NCBI RefSeq assembly: GCF_009914755.1
Contig: NC_060932.1
DNA length: 64,000 nucleotides
Direction: 5' to 3' (one strand)
From: the human T2T-CHM13v2.0 reference genome, Homo sapiens
Shown: piece after piece, positions 61,386 to 64,000 of the stretch
How the letters are laid out: each line of letters opens with the position of its first letter
How positions within the stretch are numbered: the stretch's first letter is position 1
Program-made: the position numbers and the translations under genes
Notes under the pieces: model-generated
What the model was told of the DNA's origin: nothing
The model's input: only the letters and a program-made list of their open reading frames with translations
Database searches by the model: none

Positions 61386-62423
61386 TTACACAGCAATATT
61401 GCAAAGTTCCAGTCAAGCTCCACCTCACTAGCTGAGTGGAGCTCTCTGATGCCACTGATGGAGCTGTTGTAAAGAAGCAAACCTCAAAAGGATGAGTGAT
61501 TGGCCACTCAGGCCTCTCTGTGAGGCTAAGATAGCTCGATATCATGACGGAGCTCTTTCCTGGGGCAAGATGGAGCAAAGTGCCTGGTGGCTTGTTGGTG
61601 CAACCATGCCTATCTCAGGTCACAAAGCAGAAGTAGGGGTCACATTTAGTAAAGGACCACAGCTCTGCAGCTTTGCTGAGAACATTATTCCAGGTGGTGG
61701 TGTGATCTTGAGCTGGAACCCTAGCAGAATGATGGTGGGTGACAAAGAAAGGCAAGGTACACAGAGGATAAGAAGATGAACTAACATTTGCCCTCAAGGA
61801 GCTCACAGTCCAGTGGAAAGATAGGCCAGTAACCAGTTACAAAACAAGGAGATGAAAATTCGAATAGAAACGTGTACTAAGGACTTTCAGGGGAAAAAAG
61901 GAAGGAGCATTTTCCTGCTTTATGCAGAGTCATGGAGAACTTTATGCTTTATGCAGGTTTTAACCTGAGTAAGAAACCCTGGGAGGATGCTCCTGGTAGG
62001 TGAGAGGGATGTGCAAACTACCTTGGCATGAAGGAGGTGGGATATTCCCAGACCATGTGTTGCATGAACCAGCAGAGGAGGGGAAGGCCACAATAGTCAA
62101 TATACTCTTGGAAATACCTTAGAGGACTGACATATCATTTCTTACTGTATCCAACAGATATTGTTTTCATTACTGAAGCAAGATTGTGTTTCTTCATCTA
62201 AGCAGCAGATGAAGAATTGGCTTGAGTTTTGAAGTCATGCTCAACAAATCATGTTCATCTTCAAACTCTAGGCTGAGTGGTAACATGCGTACACTAGGGA
62301 AGGAGTGAAGGCTCATAAGGGTAATGACTCCTAGCTCTCAGCCCACCACATCTAAGGGAAGAGAGCGTGTTCATCTAGCACAGCAGGAGTCAGAAAACAC
62401 CATTCATTTAAATTGTCGCTTCC

Positions 62424-62740
62424 TGCTGAGCGAGGTGGCTCACACCGGTAATCCCAACCCTTTGGGAGGCCAAGGCTAGAGGATTGCTTGAGCTTGAGCC
62501 CAGGAGTTCAGGATCAGCCTGGGCTACATGGCGAGACCCCATCTCTTCAAAAATTTTGTGAAAACTAGCTGGGCAAGGTGGCATATATCTGTGGTCCCCG
62601 TGACTCAGGAAGCTGAGGCGGGAGGATCACTTGAGCCAAAGAGGTCAAGGCCGTGGTGCGCTATGATGGCGCCCCTACACGCCAGCCTAAGTGATAGAAA
62701 AAGACCCTGTCTCTAGAAGAAACAAATATATAAAGAAAGA
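62424..62740 (+). mobile_element. AluJ
   Basis: 'ggattgcttgagcttgagcccaggagttc', 'gaggtcaaggcc'. Confidence 0.88.
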
Positions 62741-63334
62741 AGCACTTCTTCTCCATATTCCTGTTTCTCTCATTCCAACAGTCTCCCTGCATTTGCCTAT
62801 GATGTGATCACAGATGGTGGACACTAGGGTTTCTATTTGGCCTGAGGGAGGGTAGAGAAGGGGGCACAGGGTGGGGACGTGGGAAGTTGACCAAATGTGG
62901 CATCGTAATGCATCTCGTTGCCGTGATGGGTCGTTTGGAGACTCTCTTAAGTGCTGGGAATCTGGGAGAGGATCTGCAGGCCACTCTGTTGGGAGAAGAA
63001 AGGGTGGATTGAGGAGTCATGAGAATGGAGGCAGGGAAACCATTCAGAGACTCAAAAAACCAAGGACAGGGATCTCAGCTAAGAGGGCAATCCCTGGGAA
63101 TAGAAGGGAACGCCCACTTCCACAGATATTTGGGTGGTAAATCTGACAAGGCTTGAGGGCTAGCATGGATTAGAGGTATTAATATAAGAGAAAAAAGAAT
63201 AAAATAACTTCTAGATTCTTGATTTGAGGACCAGGAGAGATGCTGGCCATTATTGAGTTAGAATTCCTACAAGGAACAAGTGACCTCTCAAATTAGAATA
63301 ACGTGAATTCTTTGTTTGTTGTTGTTATTGTTGT

Positions 63335-63700
63335 TTTTTACAAGGAGTGCAGTTAGAAAGGTGTTGGCAGGGTGCAGGGCAACTATAAGGGACTGTGTAG
63401 GAGCCTGGGGCTAAGTTCAAAGGTAGGAATTGGTTTTCAGAATCAAGAGGGCAAGTCCTAAAAGGCAGACACCTTATGAAGAGCGCTGGGCTTCAGGTGA
63501 GGGCTCAGCCAGCCCCAGCTGACCTCACAGGGAAGGAGCCAAGGGAGTAAACTCCTGTCTTCACCCTCCTTGCTCCCTCTGATCTCCTGCTGAGACTCTC
63601 AGGAGCATGGACACACACAGCTGGAGACAATGTGCACCTTAGCCTGCAGCTGTGACCCTTGCAGGCAAGGAGGGCAGAGTGGAAGGGGTAGGGAGAGGGT
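63335..63700 (-). mobile_element. LTR33-like ERVL LTR fragment
   Basis: 'gacctcacagggaaggagccaagggagtaaactcc...ccctctgatctcctgc'. Confidence 0.5.
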
Positions 63701-64000
63701 CTCAGGCCAGGGACAAGGTAAATCCAGCCCAGGAGCCTTCACAGAGATTAGGAGATCTGGAGGAAAAGCAGGCTTGAGGGAGAAGACAGCATGGTTAGCT
63801 CCTACGGGAAGGAAAGGCGAAAATTCAGGATCTTCGTTCTAACAAATCCAAGGAACGCTATGGAGTAAAGAAGCATTAAAGGAGCAGCTAGTAAATGCCA
63901 GTCCCTGTTCTAGGACGTTCAGGTAGCCAACCTCATTTCATTCTGAGTAGAATGACTCCAATAAATATTTTTTTCTCCAAAGAAGTTGTGGCAATGAAAA

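Overview
Primate, most likely human, intergenic or deep-intronic DNA. I see no protein-coding exon, CpG island or intact RNA gene; the listed ORFs are chance frames or fall in Alu, L1, LTR or microsatellite sequence. A large part of the window is interspersed repeat: more than 20 Alus (J, S, Y and a very young Yb-like copy), L1 fragments, MaLR/ERVL/ERV1 LTRs (THE1, MST, MLT1, MLT2, MER4, MER41A, LTR16/33/41-like), one apparently complete old MLT1 provirus, DNA transposons (MER44, Tigger3, MER58A, MADE1), MIR/L2 relics and microsatellites. I found no evidence of a new gene system. The most notable signals are retrotransposition and repair fossils: a tail-less 5'-half tRNA-Leu(CAA) retrocopy with a 17-bp TSD, possibly from a pre-tRNA; a hybrid MST/MLT2 LTR inside one 5-bp TSD; several insertions copied from 1-2 kb away or by fold-back; an Alu-L1 microhomology fusion; and an internally rearranged MADE1. 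Subfamily names come from recalled consensus sequences and need RepeatMasker/Dfam confirmation.
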